DNA of 64,000 nucleotides from Bdellovibrionota bacterium. GTDB lineage: Bacteria; Bdellovibrionota_C; UBA2361; JBIKUX01. The notes under the pieces were generated by a model that saw only the letters and a program-made list of their open reading frames with translations, was not told the origin of the DNA and searched no databases. Position 1 is the stretch's first letter. Each line of letters starts with the position of its first letter. This document shows positions 30,135-40,530 of the stretch, in pieces. Made by a program: the position numbers and the translations under genes. The stretch covers positions 17,719 through 81,718 of the forward strand of contig JBIKUX010000001.1 of assembly GCA_044347345.1 (NCBI GenBank). Direction: 5' to 3'.

Positions 30135-32153
30135 TTATATTAGAAAATAGAATACAAGTAAGCCAACAGAACAAAAAAACGTTAGAAGAACATAATGGCG
30201 AACCTGCCCCGACTGAGAGAGTCTGGATACCTCACCAGCCATCTCAACAGAAGAACCGATTCCCTCAACTACGCCATCAATAAAAACTACTTCTACTACT
30301 TTAGAGCATACAAAAGCGATACCCCGTAGAGGTAATACTATTAATACATAATAAAACTCGTCTATAAACAATTTGCCGCGCAGAATAAATAAAAGTGGCT
30401 TAAAAAATTTTAATAAAACATTTAAAACTTGTGGGTACCATAAATAACAAACGGCAGAAAAAGTAATTCCAATTACTCCGCTCAGCGAACCTATAAAACA
30501 TTCAAAAAGATAATTTATCCAACCACCCTGAGCTGAAACATGAACGGATACCGGTATACTCGATGATATAAATGTCGGAAGATATACAGCTCCGATTATA
30601 CCTCCTACAACAGATAAGAGGCCGAGCACTACTAAAGGAAAAGTCATAATAAGCGGCGACTCATGAGGTTCCTGAACATTGCTTGAGCTGGTAGGAGACT
30701 TAGTTACTGTAGGGTCACTATTCTCTCTTCCACGATATGAGCCACAAAATGTTAAAAATACCATTCTGCCCGTGTAAAATGCAGTAAGCATTCCGATAAT
30801 TTTAGTTAACCAGATAAAAACCGAACCACTTTGCAAAATGAGAGGATTACTACTTGAAGTGAAAGATTGCACTATCGCATGCTTTGAAAAATAACCTGCA
30901 AACGGAAAAATACCTGACAGTGCCAGAGACCCCAAAACAAAAGTTACAAAAGTTATCGGCATAGACTTTCTTAGTCCACCCATTCGACGCATATCCTGCT
31001 CGCCATTGCATCCATGGATTACAGAACCGGCACCTAGAAACAATCCTGCCTTAAAAAAGGCATGCGTGACTAAATGAAAAAGCGCAAATACATAAGCACC
31101 AGCACCAATCGCAAAAAACATGATGCCAAGCTGACTGACAGTAGAATATGCAAGAACGCGCTTAATATCAGTTTGAACTAGAGCTATAAGGCTTGCACCA
31201 AGAGCAGTCACTCCTGCAACTATACTTAAAAAAAGCCCAACGCTCGGCACTAAATCAACTAAAAAGTAGAGACGAATAAATAAATATATCCCAGCAGTAA
31301 CCATTGTAGCGGCATGAATTAGAGCCGACACGGGAGTAGGTCCAACCATAGCGTCAGGCAACCAAACATACAGAGGAAATTGCGCACTTTTTGCCGCAGC
31401 AGCGACCAAAAAGCATATCACCACCTGCCAATACACCGGACTTACAAAAGGCGAATTAGCGACGGCCTCTCTTAGCTGAAAAAAATCGAGAGTCCTAAAT
31501 TGCTTGAGCAGTAAAAACATCCCAAGTAAAAAACCAACATCACCTATTCGGTTAACTATAAAAGCTTTTCTAGCAGCAATCGCATTGTTAAGTTCTTTTG
31601 ACCAGAAACCTATTAGAAGGTAAGAACAAAAACCTACTCCCTCCCAACCCATAAATAGAACAGCAAGATTACCTCCCAAAACAAGTAAAATCATCGCGGC
31701 TAGGAATAGATTTAAGAAAGCGAAATAACGGTGACGTGCCTCATCGCCTGCCATGTATCCCACGGAAAACAGATGAATCAAACTTCCGACCCCCGTGACA
31801 ACAAGTAGCATAACGGCAGACAATGTATCAGCTCGAAGAGTGGCATTTATTAAAAATTCTGGTAAATCAATCCAAGCAAAGGGTAGCCACTCTAAAATTA
31901 CAACAGACTTTTCAACTGTTTCTGAGAAAGACCCACATACTTTGTAACAAATCACTAGCGAGACAAAAAAAGTACTACAAGATGCTAAGGAAGCAACTAT
32001 TCCTGAAATATCTTTCTTAATCAGAGAAAAAGGCGCACCACACAAACATGATAAAAAAGCGCCAAATACAGGCAACCCTAAAAGCAACGCAAAAAGCATC
32101 TGTCCGTCGAGTACCGAACCTGCAATCATCGAGGGATTAAATTCCACACCCAT
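30135..32153 (-). CDS. nuoL: NADH-quinone oxidoreductase subunit L
   Basis: GWEGVGFCSYLLIGFW, KAFIVNRIGD, KSAQFPLYVWLPDAMVGPTPVSALIHAATMVTAG, HAFFKA. Confidence 0.96.
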   Translation of the reverse strand: MGVEFNPSMIAGSVLDGQMLFALLLGLPVFGAFLSCLCGAPFSLIKKDISGIVASLASCSTFFVSLVICYKVCGSFSETVEKSVVILEWLPFAWIDLPEFLINATLRADTLSAVMLLVVTGVGSLIHLFSVGYMAGDEARHRYFAFLNLFLAAMILLVLGGNLAVLFMGWEGVGFCSYLLIGFWSKELNNAIAARKAFIVNRIGDVGFLLGMFLLLKQFRTLDFFQLREAVANSPFVSPVYWQVVICFLVAAAAKSAQFPLYVWLPDAMVGPTPVSALIHAATMVTAGIYLFIRLYFLVDLVPSVGLFLSIVAGVTALGASLIALVQTDIKRVLAYSTVSQLGIMFFAIGAGAYVFALFHLVTHAFFKAGLFLGAGSVIHGCNGEQDMRRMGGLRKSMPITFVTFVLGSLALSGIFPFAGYFSKHAIVQSFTSSSNPLILQSGSVFIWLTKIIGMLTAFYTGRMVFLTFCGSYRGRENSDPTVTKSPTSSSNVQEPHESPLIMTFPLVVLGLLSVVGGIIGAVYLPTFISSSIPVSVHVSAQGGWINYLFECFIGSLSGVIGITFSAVCYLWYPQVLNVLLKFFKPLLFILRGKLFIDEFYYVLIVLPLRGIAFVCSKVVEVVFIDGVVEGIGSSVEMAGEVSRLSQSGQVRHYVLLTFFCSVGLLVFYFLI

Positions 32154-32213
32154 GCCAGAGATACCTCTTTGATTAAACTTATTTTACCAAACTTACTTTA
32201 ACCACCAACGCTT

Positions 32214-32519
32214 TTACCACTTAAGCTCACTGGCTTCTTGCGTTTCAATGGAACTACTAACCCTAAATAGAGATAACATGATTGCTAACCCAACAGCAGC
32301 TTCTGCTGCTGCGAGCACCATAACAAAAAATACAGCTACTTGACCATCGAGATTACCAGTGTGTCGAGAAAGAGCGACAAACGCCACGTTCACTCCATTT
32401 AACATCAATTCAATACACATAAATACAACTATTGAATTGCGCCTTATACCAGCACCAACTGCTCCTATAAAAAAGAGTACTACTGCAAAAACAAGATAAA
32501 AACTTGTCGGTACCGCCAT
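32214..32519 (-). CDS. nuoK: NADH-quinone oxidoreductase subunit K
   Basis: [27 protein letters not shown]. Confidence 0.96.
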   Translation of the reverse strand: MAVPTSFYLVFAVVLFFIGAVGAGIRRNSIVVFMCIELMLNGVNVAFVALSRHTGNLDGQVAVFFVMVLAAAEAAVGLAIMLSLFRVSSSIETQEASELKW

Positions 32520-32580
32520 TTAAAATACCACCATCTTACTTTTTGTTAACTGTTTTCTCCGCAAAGAGGCTCCCTATAAT

Positions 32581-33114
32581 TTAAGCTTCTGGTTGATCTA
32601 CTCTCCTAGAAACTAATACTGCTCCAACAATTGCAACAATTAAAAGAATTGAGGCAACTTCGAAAGTAAAAAGATATTTAGTAAAGAGTAAACGTCCGAT
32701 ATTTTTTACCGTACCCTCTGACCCAGCTAGTTCAAACCCAATCCTACCAAGATCACCAGCGGGTAATTTGTAAAAAGAATCATGCAAAATTGGAATTACA
32801 AGATATAAAAAACCAGCTCCAACAAAAATAGCACCTAAAGTTCCGAGCAACTGACCAACAGAGCGACGTTCATACTTTACGTTAAGTAACATAAGTACAA
32901 AAAGTACAAGCACCATAATCGCGCCTGCATAAACTGTGATCTGGGCTATAGCAAGGAAGTGTGCTCCAAGATTTGCAAATATAGTAGCTACACCTAGGAG
33001 AGTTACTAAAAGTGACAGAGCACTATAAATGGGATTAACTAGAGCTACTACCCCTATTGCTCCGCAAATTGCTAAGAGGCTTGCAATTGTGAAGCTGATT
33101 AGTTCTCCATTCAT
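32581..33114 (-). CDS. nuoJ: NADH-quinone oxidoreductase subunit J
   Basis: NPIYSAL, QITVYAGAIMVLVLFVLMLL, FEVASILL. Confidence 0.95.
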   Translation of the reverse strand: MNGELISFTIASLLAICGAIGVVALVNPIYSALSLLVTLLGVATIFANLGAHFLAIAQITVYAGAIMVLVLFVLMLLNVKYERRSVGQLLGTLGAIFVGAGFLYLVIPILHDSFYKLPAGDLGRIGFELAGSEGTVKNIGRLLFTKYLFTFEVASILLIVAIVGAVLVSRRVDQPEA

Positions 33115-33197
33115 TCTTAATCTTTCACCTTTCTATTATTCTCTCTATTTTTTAAAAAAAACCCTTTTAAAATCTGCTTAACTTTTATTGCACCCGC

Positions 33198-34271
33198 TTA
33201 AACTAAAACCAATAAAGCGACTATAAGCAGATTTACCATACTTAAAGGTAAAAGAATTTTCCATCCAAGATTCATAAGTTGGTCATAACGAAATCTTGGT
33301 AAAGTCCAACGGATTACTATTTGTAACATACAAAAAAATAAAACTTTCAGCATTAGTACAACGTGACCAATAAGAGCCGTCCACCAAGTGCCTAAAGGTA
33401 ACTCAATAAAAGGAATGTCCCATCCGCCAAAAAATAAAACTACTAACAGAAGAGCAAAAAGAGCTATTTCAGCAAATTCTCCCAGCCAAAAAAGTAGAAA
33501 CTTCATACCCGAATATTCAGTAAAATATCCTGCTACAAGCTCCGACTCGCTCTCGGGGAGATCGAATGGACCTCTTTTAGTTTCCGCCATACCAACAACC
33601 AGAAGAATCAGAAACGATAAAGGATTCTGAAATATTCCCCACCAGCCATTTACTTGAGCTGTAACGATTTCGTAAAGGTCTAGTGAACCATAATTCAAAA
33701 TAACCGCTACAAAAGTAATCCCCATAGCTAGCTCATAAGATATAATCTGAGCAGCAGCTCGAAGAGACCCGAGCAAAGCAAACTTACTATTACTAGTCCA
33801 TCCGGCAATAATGACCCCGTAAACTGTCACTGAACCCATTGCTAAAATAAACAGCAAACCGGCATCTATCGAAGATACTTGGGCCCTAATAGTTTTTCCA
33901 AATACCGTAAAATCAGGAGCAAGTGGAACTAACGCAAATGCAAGAAATACGGGAAGTACTGAACAAAAAGGACCGAGGCAATGAAACCATTGAGACACCC
34001 CTTTTGGCAGAAAGTCTTCCTTGGATAAAGCTTTTAGAGCATCACATACCAGAGTATTAATTATACCAAGCCAACCAAAAATTCTGAGTAAAGAAAAAAC
34101 TGGCTTTAAAAAAATGTTATCAGTTGTAAGGTAGGCTCCAGCTCGATTAGCCCCTACCCTATCCTGAATCAACGCTGAGCCTTTTCGCTCAAACCAAGTA
34201 CAAAAAGAAGCGAGACCTAGAATAAGTTGCAAAGTGATGCCGACCTTTACCGCAAGGAGTATAAAATCCAT
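33198..34271 (-). CDS. nuoH: NADH-quinone oxidoreductase subunit H
   Basis: ERK...QDRVG, LRAAAQIISYE, AETKRGPFDLPESESELVAGYFTEYSG, RWTLPRFRYDQLM. Confidence 0.96.
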   Translation of the reverse strand: MDFILLAVKVGITLQLILGLASFCTWFERKGSALIQDRVGANRAGAYLTTDNIFLKPVFSLLRIFGWLGIINTLVCDALKALSKEDFLPKGVSQWFHCLGPFCSVLPVFLAFALVPLAPDFTVFGKTIRAQVSSIDAGLLFILAMGSVTVYGVIIAGWTSNSKFALLGSLRAAAQIISYELAMGITFVAVILNYGSLDLYEIVTAQVNGWWGIFQNPLSFLILLVVGMAETKRGPFDLPESESELVAGYFTEYSGMKFLLFWLGEFAEIALFALLLVVLFFGGWDIPFIELPLGTWWTALIGHVVLMLKVLFFCMLQIVIRWTLPRFRYDQLMNLGWKILLPLSMVNLLIVALLVLV

Positions 34272-34337
34272 TTCAGTGTTGATCCTGCTACATTAAAATT
34301 ATTATTACGAGAAACTTCTTAAACTTCAGAAGCAAAA

Positions 34338-36179
34338 CTACCCCTGATCTTTACTCTCATTACGTGATAAAAGCACCCCCCCTGCAGATATAGACCGAAT
34401 CGTTAATCCTGTTAGTCTCGGATCATTTAAAAGAAGTATATTGGTTGCATCTCGCTCCGAGGAGTATTCATTAAGATGCCCCCCTAACACCGGACATCCA
34501 TTTGCACTACCCATAGCACTAATCTGTTGCCAAAAAGGCAACACTCCTTTAGGAGCCTTCAAAATAGCCTTAGTATACTGAAGGCGATTCATTTTATTTA
34601 TCAATAGACCAGAGCATTCAAGAATTGAACGTATCGGTACCACAGTTCTCACGGAGCGTTTTAACGGATGATTATTATCTGTGAACCATCCGACGCTTTG
34701 CTCGGTTGCTCTTAAACCATCCTCAAGTCGGGGAATAAGGTGAACGGCATCTCCTAAATCCTCCCGGCATGGTAGCGCTCTATCACCAAAAGCTACAACT
34801 GAAGCAAAACGGCCATTAATGATCCCATCCAAAACCTCTTGGTACCTGGCTTCCAGCCGACCTTCAACTAGCCCAGCGAATATAGCTCCACGATAATTAG
34901 CGGCATAATCTGGACTAATTAGGATGCTCTCTACTTTTGACAAATTTCTTTCACGATAAGCCAAGGCAATAATGTATGGACTAGGTAAGGCATTTAAAAG
35001 GTGAGAAAGAGCAAAATAATCTTCTAAAAGTAAATCTGGAGAAATGAGTACAGCTAGCGGGCCACTAGATTCACGTAGAGCAAGAAAACACTCATCGTAA
35101 GCGCGCTTTCGCTCGATGGACTTACCATCTTTCTCACAAACAGTCAGACGTGATTCAGGAATAAACCGATGAAAACCATATCTACCTTCATCACAGAGCC
35201 ATTCTTTATTTACTGCGTCATTAGCACGAGCCTTAACTTGCACTACTACTCCGTCACGCTCAGCTACCCGTACGTTACAGCCGGTTGAGCATCCTGTACA
35301 AATTGAATCTTCCTGAGATGTAAACCAAATGCGAGTATTGAAACGCCACTCGCGGTGCGTAAGTGCGCCAACTGGACATAAATCCACCACAGTTCCTGAG
35401 AGAGGGTTATCTAAATTTCGCCCAGGAGCGACAGCAATTACGCTTTTATCACCCCTGTTTAACATTCCAAGTTCAGAAGTTTGTGTAATTTCATCGCAGA
35501 AACGTACACACCTAGTACACATTATGCACCGCTCACCATCAAGAACAACTGTTGGCCCTAACGGTTGTGCTTTAACTTTGTGCTCCTTCTCTTCAAGAAA
35601 TCTACTGGGCTCACCATTAAACTCATAATGATAGTCTTGCAACTTACAATGTCCGGATTGGTCACAGACAGTACAATCAAGAGGATGATTAATAAGGATA
35701 AACTCTAAAGTGGCCTTTTGAGCGTTTTCTACCAATTTACTAGTATGGTGAGTTAATACCTCCATACCCTCACGAACTTCAGTATTACACCCGATCGTAA
35801 GTTTGGGGGTTCCTTTGATTTCAACCTGGCACATTCGACAGTTTCCAGCCACTGAGAGATGTGGATGGTAGCAATAATGCGGTATAGCTACACCGATACT
35901 TGCGGCAGCAGCAATTAAATTAGTACCTTTCGGTACAGTAACACTGTTACCATCTATCGTAAGCGTTACAAACCCAACAGACGCAATAGCTTCAGCGGAT
36001 GACGGCGACGAAGATGACGGCGACGAAACTGTCTCCGCTAAGGTAATTTGATTGTTATTAGCAGTCGAATTGCTGTTGGCAGTACGCCTAGCTGAATCAA
36101 CCGAACTATCCCCTTTCGAACAATTAGGCTCTATTTCTCTGATAGGCATCTCTGGTGAACTGGCCTCTGTTACTGTCAT
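34338..36179 (-). CDS. nuoG: NADH-quinone oxidoreductase subunit G (short form, N-terminal low-complexity extension)
   Basis: HYCYHP, GNCRMC, NHPLDCTVCDQSGHC, RCIMCTRCVRFC, DLCPVGAL, N7-type CTGCSTGC...WLCD. Confidence 0.9.
   Translation of the reverse strand: MTVTEASSPEMPIREIEPNCSKGDSSVDSARRTANSNSTANNNQITLAETVSSPSSSSPSSAEAIASVGFVTLTIDGNSVTVPKGTNLIAAAASIGVAIPHYCYHPHLSVAGNCRMCQVEIKGTPKLTIGCNTEVREGMEVLTHHTSKLVENAQKATLEFILINHPLDCTVCDQSGHCKLQDYHYEFNGEPSRFLEEKEHKVKAQPLGPTVVLDGERCIMCTRCVRFCDEITQTSELGMLNRGDKSVIAVAPGRNLDNPLSGTVVDLCPVGALTHREWRFNTRIWFTSQEDSICTGCSTGCNVRVAERDGVVVQVKARANDAVNKEWLCDEGRYGFHRFIPESRLTVCEKDGKSIERKRAYDECFLALRESSGPLAVLISPDLLLEDYFALSHLLNALPSPYIIALAYRERNLSKVESILISPDYAANYRGAIFAGLVEGRLEARYQEVLDGIINGRFASVVAFGDRALPCREDLGDAVHLIPRLEDGLRATEQSVGWFTDNNHPLKRSVRTVVPIRSILECSGLLINKMNRLQYTKAILKAPKGVLPFWQQISAMGSANGCPVLGGHLNEYSSERDATNILLLNDPRLTGLTIRSISAGGVLLSRNESKDQG
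35998..36027. repeat. In-frame 15-bp tandem duplication in the nuoG N-terminal extension
   Basis: (GATGACGGCGACGAA)x2 encoding SSPSS twice. Confidence 0.8.
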
Positions 36180-36284
36180 GAGAATATCGTTACCGTATAT
36201 CTGTTAATATAAAAAGTTTTAAAGATTTTCGTAATTTTCATTCTACGCTATTACCTGTACCCAAATTTACATCTTTGCCCTAAT

Positions 36285-37661
36285 TTACATCTCTGCACTA
36301 GTCGTTGTTGCATTACTGCCCATTGCAGCTACACCCGAATCTTTCGACCCTACTCTTTGGTTTATCTTCACTGAAGCTGTATTAGCCTTAGATAAACTAG
36401 CTTGGCGTATCTTTGACTCAAATTCTTTAGGAAATTTTTGCATGATGCTTAATGCTGGAGTAGCAAGTGCATCACCAAAGGTACATATCGTATGCCCTGA
36501 TATTTGATCACATACATTCTTGATAAGATCTGTATCACCCGGCAAGCCCCGACCAGTAGCAATTCTAGTAAAAATTTTTTCAATCCAGTGCCCTCCTTCT
36601 CTACACGGAGTGCACTGCCCACAAGATTCATGAGCATAAAAATGGGCTAGATTTCGCGCGACCTCTACCATATCAGTGGTCTCATCCATAACGATAAAAC
36701 CCCCTGAGCCTAAAATTGATCCAGCGTTACGCAATGACTCATAGTCCAAACATACTCCTTCAAGCTCATCAGCCCGCAAAATTGGCACGGAAGAGCCGCC
36801 TGGAATAACGGCTTTGAGAGATTTTCCACCCAACACGCCGCCGCATTCATTTTCTAAAAATGACAAAAGAGGATATCCTAGCGGAACTTCATATACTCCT
36901 GGCCGATTTATATGACCTGATGCACTAAAAAGTTTGGTGCCTTTTGATTTCTCTGTACCAACTTTAGCATACGCCTCTGCACCGTGTTTAATAATCCAGG
37001 GAAGATTAGCCAGAGTTTCTACATTGTTTACAACAGTCGGACAACCATATAGCCCCGTTACAGCCGGAAAAGGCGGCTTTAGTCTGGGCTGACCCTTTTT
37101 ACCTTCTAGAGATTCAATCAATCCCGTCTCTTCACCACAGATATATGCCCCGGCTCCTCGGTGCACTACGATGTTATGAGAAAATGAAGACCCAAAAACA
37201 TTATTTCCTAGAATACCAGCAGCATAAGCCTCTTCCACTGCTCTCTTTATTCTAGTGTAGGCAAAACTATATTCACCACGAATATAAATGCAGCTCCAAT
37301 TACTTTGCAGAGCCCACGCAGCAATCACCATTCCTTCTATAATCAAATGAGGATCAAACTCAAGAAGCACCCTATCCTTAAAAGTACCAGGTTCGCTTTC
37401 ATCTGCATTGTTAATTAAGTAAACCGGTTTACCGGTATCTCGAGGAACAAAACTCCACTTAACGCCAGTAGGAAACCCTGCTCCTCCTCTTCCCCTTAAT
37501 CCAGATTGCTTAACCTCTTCAATGATGGATAGAGGATCAACTGATAAGGCTTTGCGAGCCGCTTCATAGCCACCGGTTTGCTCATATACCGATAAACAAT
37601 ACTGCTCGGTGTTATGAATGTTTGCTAAGAGTCTCTGAGGATTAGGTACCACTAAACTCAT
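36285..37661 (-). CDS. nuoF: NADH-quinone oxidoreductase subunit F
   Basis: SGLRGRGGAGFPTG, NADESEPGTFKDR, GAGAYICGEET, ESCGQCTPCREG. Confidence 0.97.
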   Translation of the reverse strand: MSLVVPNPQRLLANIHNTEQYCLSVYEQTGGYEAARKALSVDPLSIIEEVKQSGLRGRGGAGFPTGVKWSFVPRDTGKPVYLINNADESEPGTFKDRVLLEFDPHLIIEGMVIAAWALQSNWSCIYIRGEYSFAYTRIKRAVEEAYAAGILGNNVFGSSFSHNIVVHRGAGAYICGEETGLIESLEGKKGQPRLKPPFPAVTGLYGCPTVVNNVETLANLPWIIKHGAEAYAKVGTEKSKGTKLFSASGHINRPGVYEVPLGYPLLSFLENECGGVLGGKSLKAVIPGGSSVPILRADELEGVCLDYESLRNAGSILGSGGFIVMDETTDMVEVARNLAHFYAHESCGQCTPCREGGHWIEKIFTRIATGRGLPGDTDLIKNVCDQISGHTICTFGDALATPALSIMQKFPKEFESKIRQASLSKANTASVKINQRVGSKDSGVAAMGSNATTTSAEM

Positions 37662-37708
37662 AAGGTTATAAATTAACTTTTAATCATTTTTTTGCGGTAG
37701 TACCGCAG

Positions 37709-37774
37709 TTTTTATCTCCACTGGATTTTTATCTCCACTGGATTTTTATCTCCACTGGATTTTTATCTCCACTG
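37709..37774. repeat. Intergenic 17-bp tandem repeat x4 between nuoE and nuoF
   Basis: (TTTTTATCTCCACTGGA)x3 plus a 15-bp partial copy. Confidence 0.95.
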
Positions 37775-37785
37775 ACACCACTCCT

Positions 37786-38547
37786 TTACGAAGATTTACT
37801 GATAACTTCAGAGAATCCATAATGCGATAATCCAGCGCCCAACTCATCTTTAAGTGTCGAAAACCTCAAATCAGGATGATTGGACTCTATTAAATTCATT
37901 AGCTCATCTAATTTCTCAGGTGAAAGATTCTCAAAATACCTATCATTTATCTCACACATCGGTGCTGTACCGCACGAACCAAGGCACTCTACTTCCTCAT
38001 AACTCCACAAACCATCAGATGTAACTTCTCTAGGAGCGACCTTACATCGATTTTGAAGATATTTAGTCAGAGCTTTTGCTCCTCGCAATGAACACGACAG
38101 GGTTCTACACACCTGAACATGATACTTACCCACAGGTTTTTTATAGAACATCGTGTAAAATGTTGCCACCTCCATAACTTGCACAGGTGGCATCCCTAAA
38201 CGCTCTGAAACCCAATTAATTGCAGCCGATGAAATAAAGCCGAAATGCTCCTGTGCCAGATATAAGGCAGGCATTACCGCTGAACGAGTATTAGGATAGC
38301 TAGTTAGTAATGCAGTAAGTCGTTGCTCAATATCCGGTGAAAGTTCTAGAATAGATTGATTTTTCACCTTACCACCTTTTGTACTAGACGTCCCAACATC
38401 TAATTCACCCACATCCGACTCTCTAGCGCTTATCTTCTCACCATACTCTTCTACAGAGTATCTACTTGGACTTTCACTTGTAGTAAAAGATACAAGTGGT
38501 TTATCACTTTCTTCCAAATTAGCAGTTTGTGAGGTATTATCGGTCAC
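37786..38547 (-). CDS. nuoE: NADH-quinone oxidoreductase subunit E with N-terminal extension
   Basis: EVATFYTMF, VCRTLSC, VECLGSCGTAP; start uncertain (GTG 38547 overlapping the nuoD end after a G-rich RBS, or TTG 38559). Confidence 0.92.
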   Translation of the reverse strand: MTDNTSQTANLEESDKPLVSFTTSESPSRYSVEEYGEKISARESDVGELDVGTSSTKGGKVKNQSILELSPDIEQRLTALLTSYPNTRSAVMPALYLAQEHFGFISSAAINWVSERLGMPPVQVMEVATFYTMFYKKPVGKYHVQVCRTLSCSLRGAKALTKYLQNRCKVAPREVTSDGLWSYEEVECLGSCGTAPMCEINDRYFENLSPEKLDELMNLIESNHPDLRFSTLKDELGAGLSHYGFSEVISKSS

Positions 38548-39784
38548 ACTCCCCCCCAATCATGTTGATCATCCCAAAAGTCGGTATTACATCAGCCACT
38601 GTATGACCTACGATCATAGTTTTCATTATCCCCATGTGAATAAAGGAAGGAGCTCTTACATGCACCCGATAAGGCCGACCAGTTCCATCAGAAACAACAT
38701 AGAACCCTAATTCACCATTTGCACCTTCAACTCCACAATATACGTCCCCTTTAGGAGGCTCAATACCACAGATAACCATCTTAAAATGGTTAATCATACC
38801 GTCAATAGAACCATATGCTTCATCTTTAGGGACGAGAGTGATACGCGGATCCTCTACTGAAAGGGCTCCTTCAGGAAGATTAGCTATTGCTTGCTCGCAT
38901 ATACGCATTGATTGATTTATCTCCTCAAAGCGCACAATAAACCTATCGTAATTGTCTCCCTTGGAACCTACAGGAACGTCAAAATCAAATTCCTCATAAG
39001 ACGAATAAGGAAAATCTTTTCTTAAATCATACTTGACACCAGTAGAGCGCAAAACAGGTCCAGTTAAACTGTAGGCTAATGCATCTTTAGCCGATACAAC
39101 AGCAATATCGCTCATTCGATCAATAAATATTCTGTTTCTAGTAAGCAGGCGGTCACAATTTTTTAAATGAGTGCGAACCTCCTTAAATGCAGCTAACATT
39201 CCTTCTTCAAATCCAGCTGGAAGATCACCCTTTAGACCTCCAATGCGACCGTAAGAAACGGTTAAACGCGCACCGGTGACTGATTCAATAAGATCCCATA
39301 ATTCTTCCCGAGCCTCCATCATGTACAACATGACAGTAAATGCACCAAGCTCCATGGCAGAAGCACCAAGACATGTTAAGTGGTCACATATCCGCGACAG
39401 CTCAGACATCAATACCCTGAGATACTGACACCTCTTTGGCACCGTAATGCCCAATAACTTTTCAATTGTTAAACACCACCCCACATTATTAATAATTGGA
39501 GAAACATAATTTAGCCGATCGGCGTAGGGCATCACCTGATTGTAATCGACTGTTTCAGTCATTTTCTCAAAACCTCTATGAAGATACCCAACCTCCACAT
39601 CAGCGTCGATAATCTGCTCACCAGAAAGCTCAACTACTATCCGCACAGTTCCATGAGTTGCGGGATGAGTAGGACCCATACTGAGAATCATAGTCTCTGT
39701 ATGAAGGTCATCGTTAAGTTTTTTGGGTCGACGATGAGTAACTACTCCGCCATAACCGTAGTCAACATTTAAAAGTTCGCTCAT
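38537..39784 (-). CDS. nuoD: NADH-quinone oxidoreductase subunit D
   Basis: MGPTHPATHG, GYLHRGFEK, DRLNY, ELSRI, GELG, GECDR end. Confidence 0.97.
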   Translation of the reverse strand: MSELLNVDYGYGGVVTHRRPKKLNDDLHTETMILSMGPTHPATHGTVRIVVELSGEQIIDADVEVGYLHRGFEKMTETVDYNQVMPYADRLNYVSPIINNVGWCLTIEKLLGITVPKRCQYLRVLMSELSRICDHLTCLGASAMELGAFTVMLYMMEAREELWDLIESVTGARLTVSYGRIGGLKGDLPAGFEEGMLAAFKEVRTHLKNCDRLLTRNRIFIDRMSDIAVVSAKDALAYSLTGPVLRSTGVKYDLRKDFPYSSYEEFDFDVPVGSKGDNYDRFIVRFEEINQSMRICEQAIANLPEGALSVEDPRITLVPKDEAYGSIDGMINHFKMVICGIEPPKGDVYCGVEGANGELGFYVVSDGTGRPYRVHVRAPSFIHMGIMKTMIVGHTVADVIPTFGMINMIGGECDR

Positions 39785-39786
39785 TG

Positions 39787-40368
39787 TTAACCCTTCCTTG
39801 GAGAAATTTGCACCAAGTCTCCCCCTAAACTTGGCCTATGCATATAGCGAGCTGTATTTTCAACTTCTGGATACCTTAACTGCACTCTCGGCTGCTTTAA
39901 CTGAACAGGATAATCCTTACGAAGGGGGTGCCCCTTGAATTCATCATACATGAGAATACGAGTAAGATTAGGGTGACCTTCAAACACTACTCCATACATA
40001 TCCCAACATTCTCGCTCCATGAAATTAGCCCCAGGCCAGAGAGACACGATTGAAGAAATTGTGGGATTATTTTCGGAAACACTCACTTTCACGCGAATAA
40101 GCGCAGCTTGCCTACTCGCCGCAAGATGCAAACTCCTCAGGTGGTATACTACTTCAAAACGCTCAGCTGCGGCATCAAGATAATCAACAGCTGTTACACT
40201 GAGCAAAAGAGTAAACCTTAAAGCTGGGTCGTCTCGCAAAAAAGCAAGCACCTGTTTCAACCCCTCACTGGCTACCCGCACTTCAAGGTCACCTAAGCTA
40301 AGTGATACAATTTGAACATGCTCATGTTGCTTCTGTGAAATATATTCAATAACTTCTTGCGTTAGCAT
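39787..40368 (-). CDS. nuoC: NADH-quinone oxidoreductase subunit C
   Basis: TAVDY, RFEVVYHL, ERECWDMYG, GHPNLTRIL, GHPLRKDYP. Confidence 0.95.
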   Translation of the reverse strand: MLTQEVIEYISQKQHEHVQIVSLSLGDLEVRVASEGLKQVLAFLRDDPALRFTLLLSVTAVDYLDAAAERFEVVYHLRSLHLAASRQAALIRVKVSVSENNPTISSIVSLWPGANFMERECWDMYGVVFEGHPNLTRILMYDEFKGHPLRKDYPVQLKQPRVQLRYPEVENTARYMHRPSLGGDLVQISPRKG

Positions 40369-40530
40369 TTAGCCCTGGCTCCGCCGATTTTGACTTTTAT
40401 GAAAATAAAATTTATCCGTGCTGGCTTATCGTACCTAATCCAGTTAAGAAACAACAACACGCAAGATGCTACAATAGACTTGAGAATAACTCACTAACCG
40501 CCTACGATCTAGTCTTTTTCCATTTTGATA

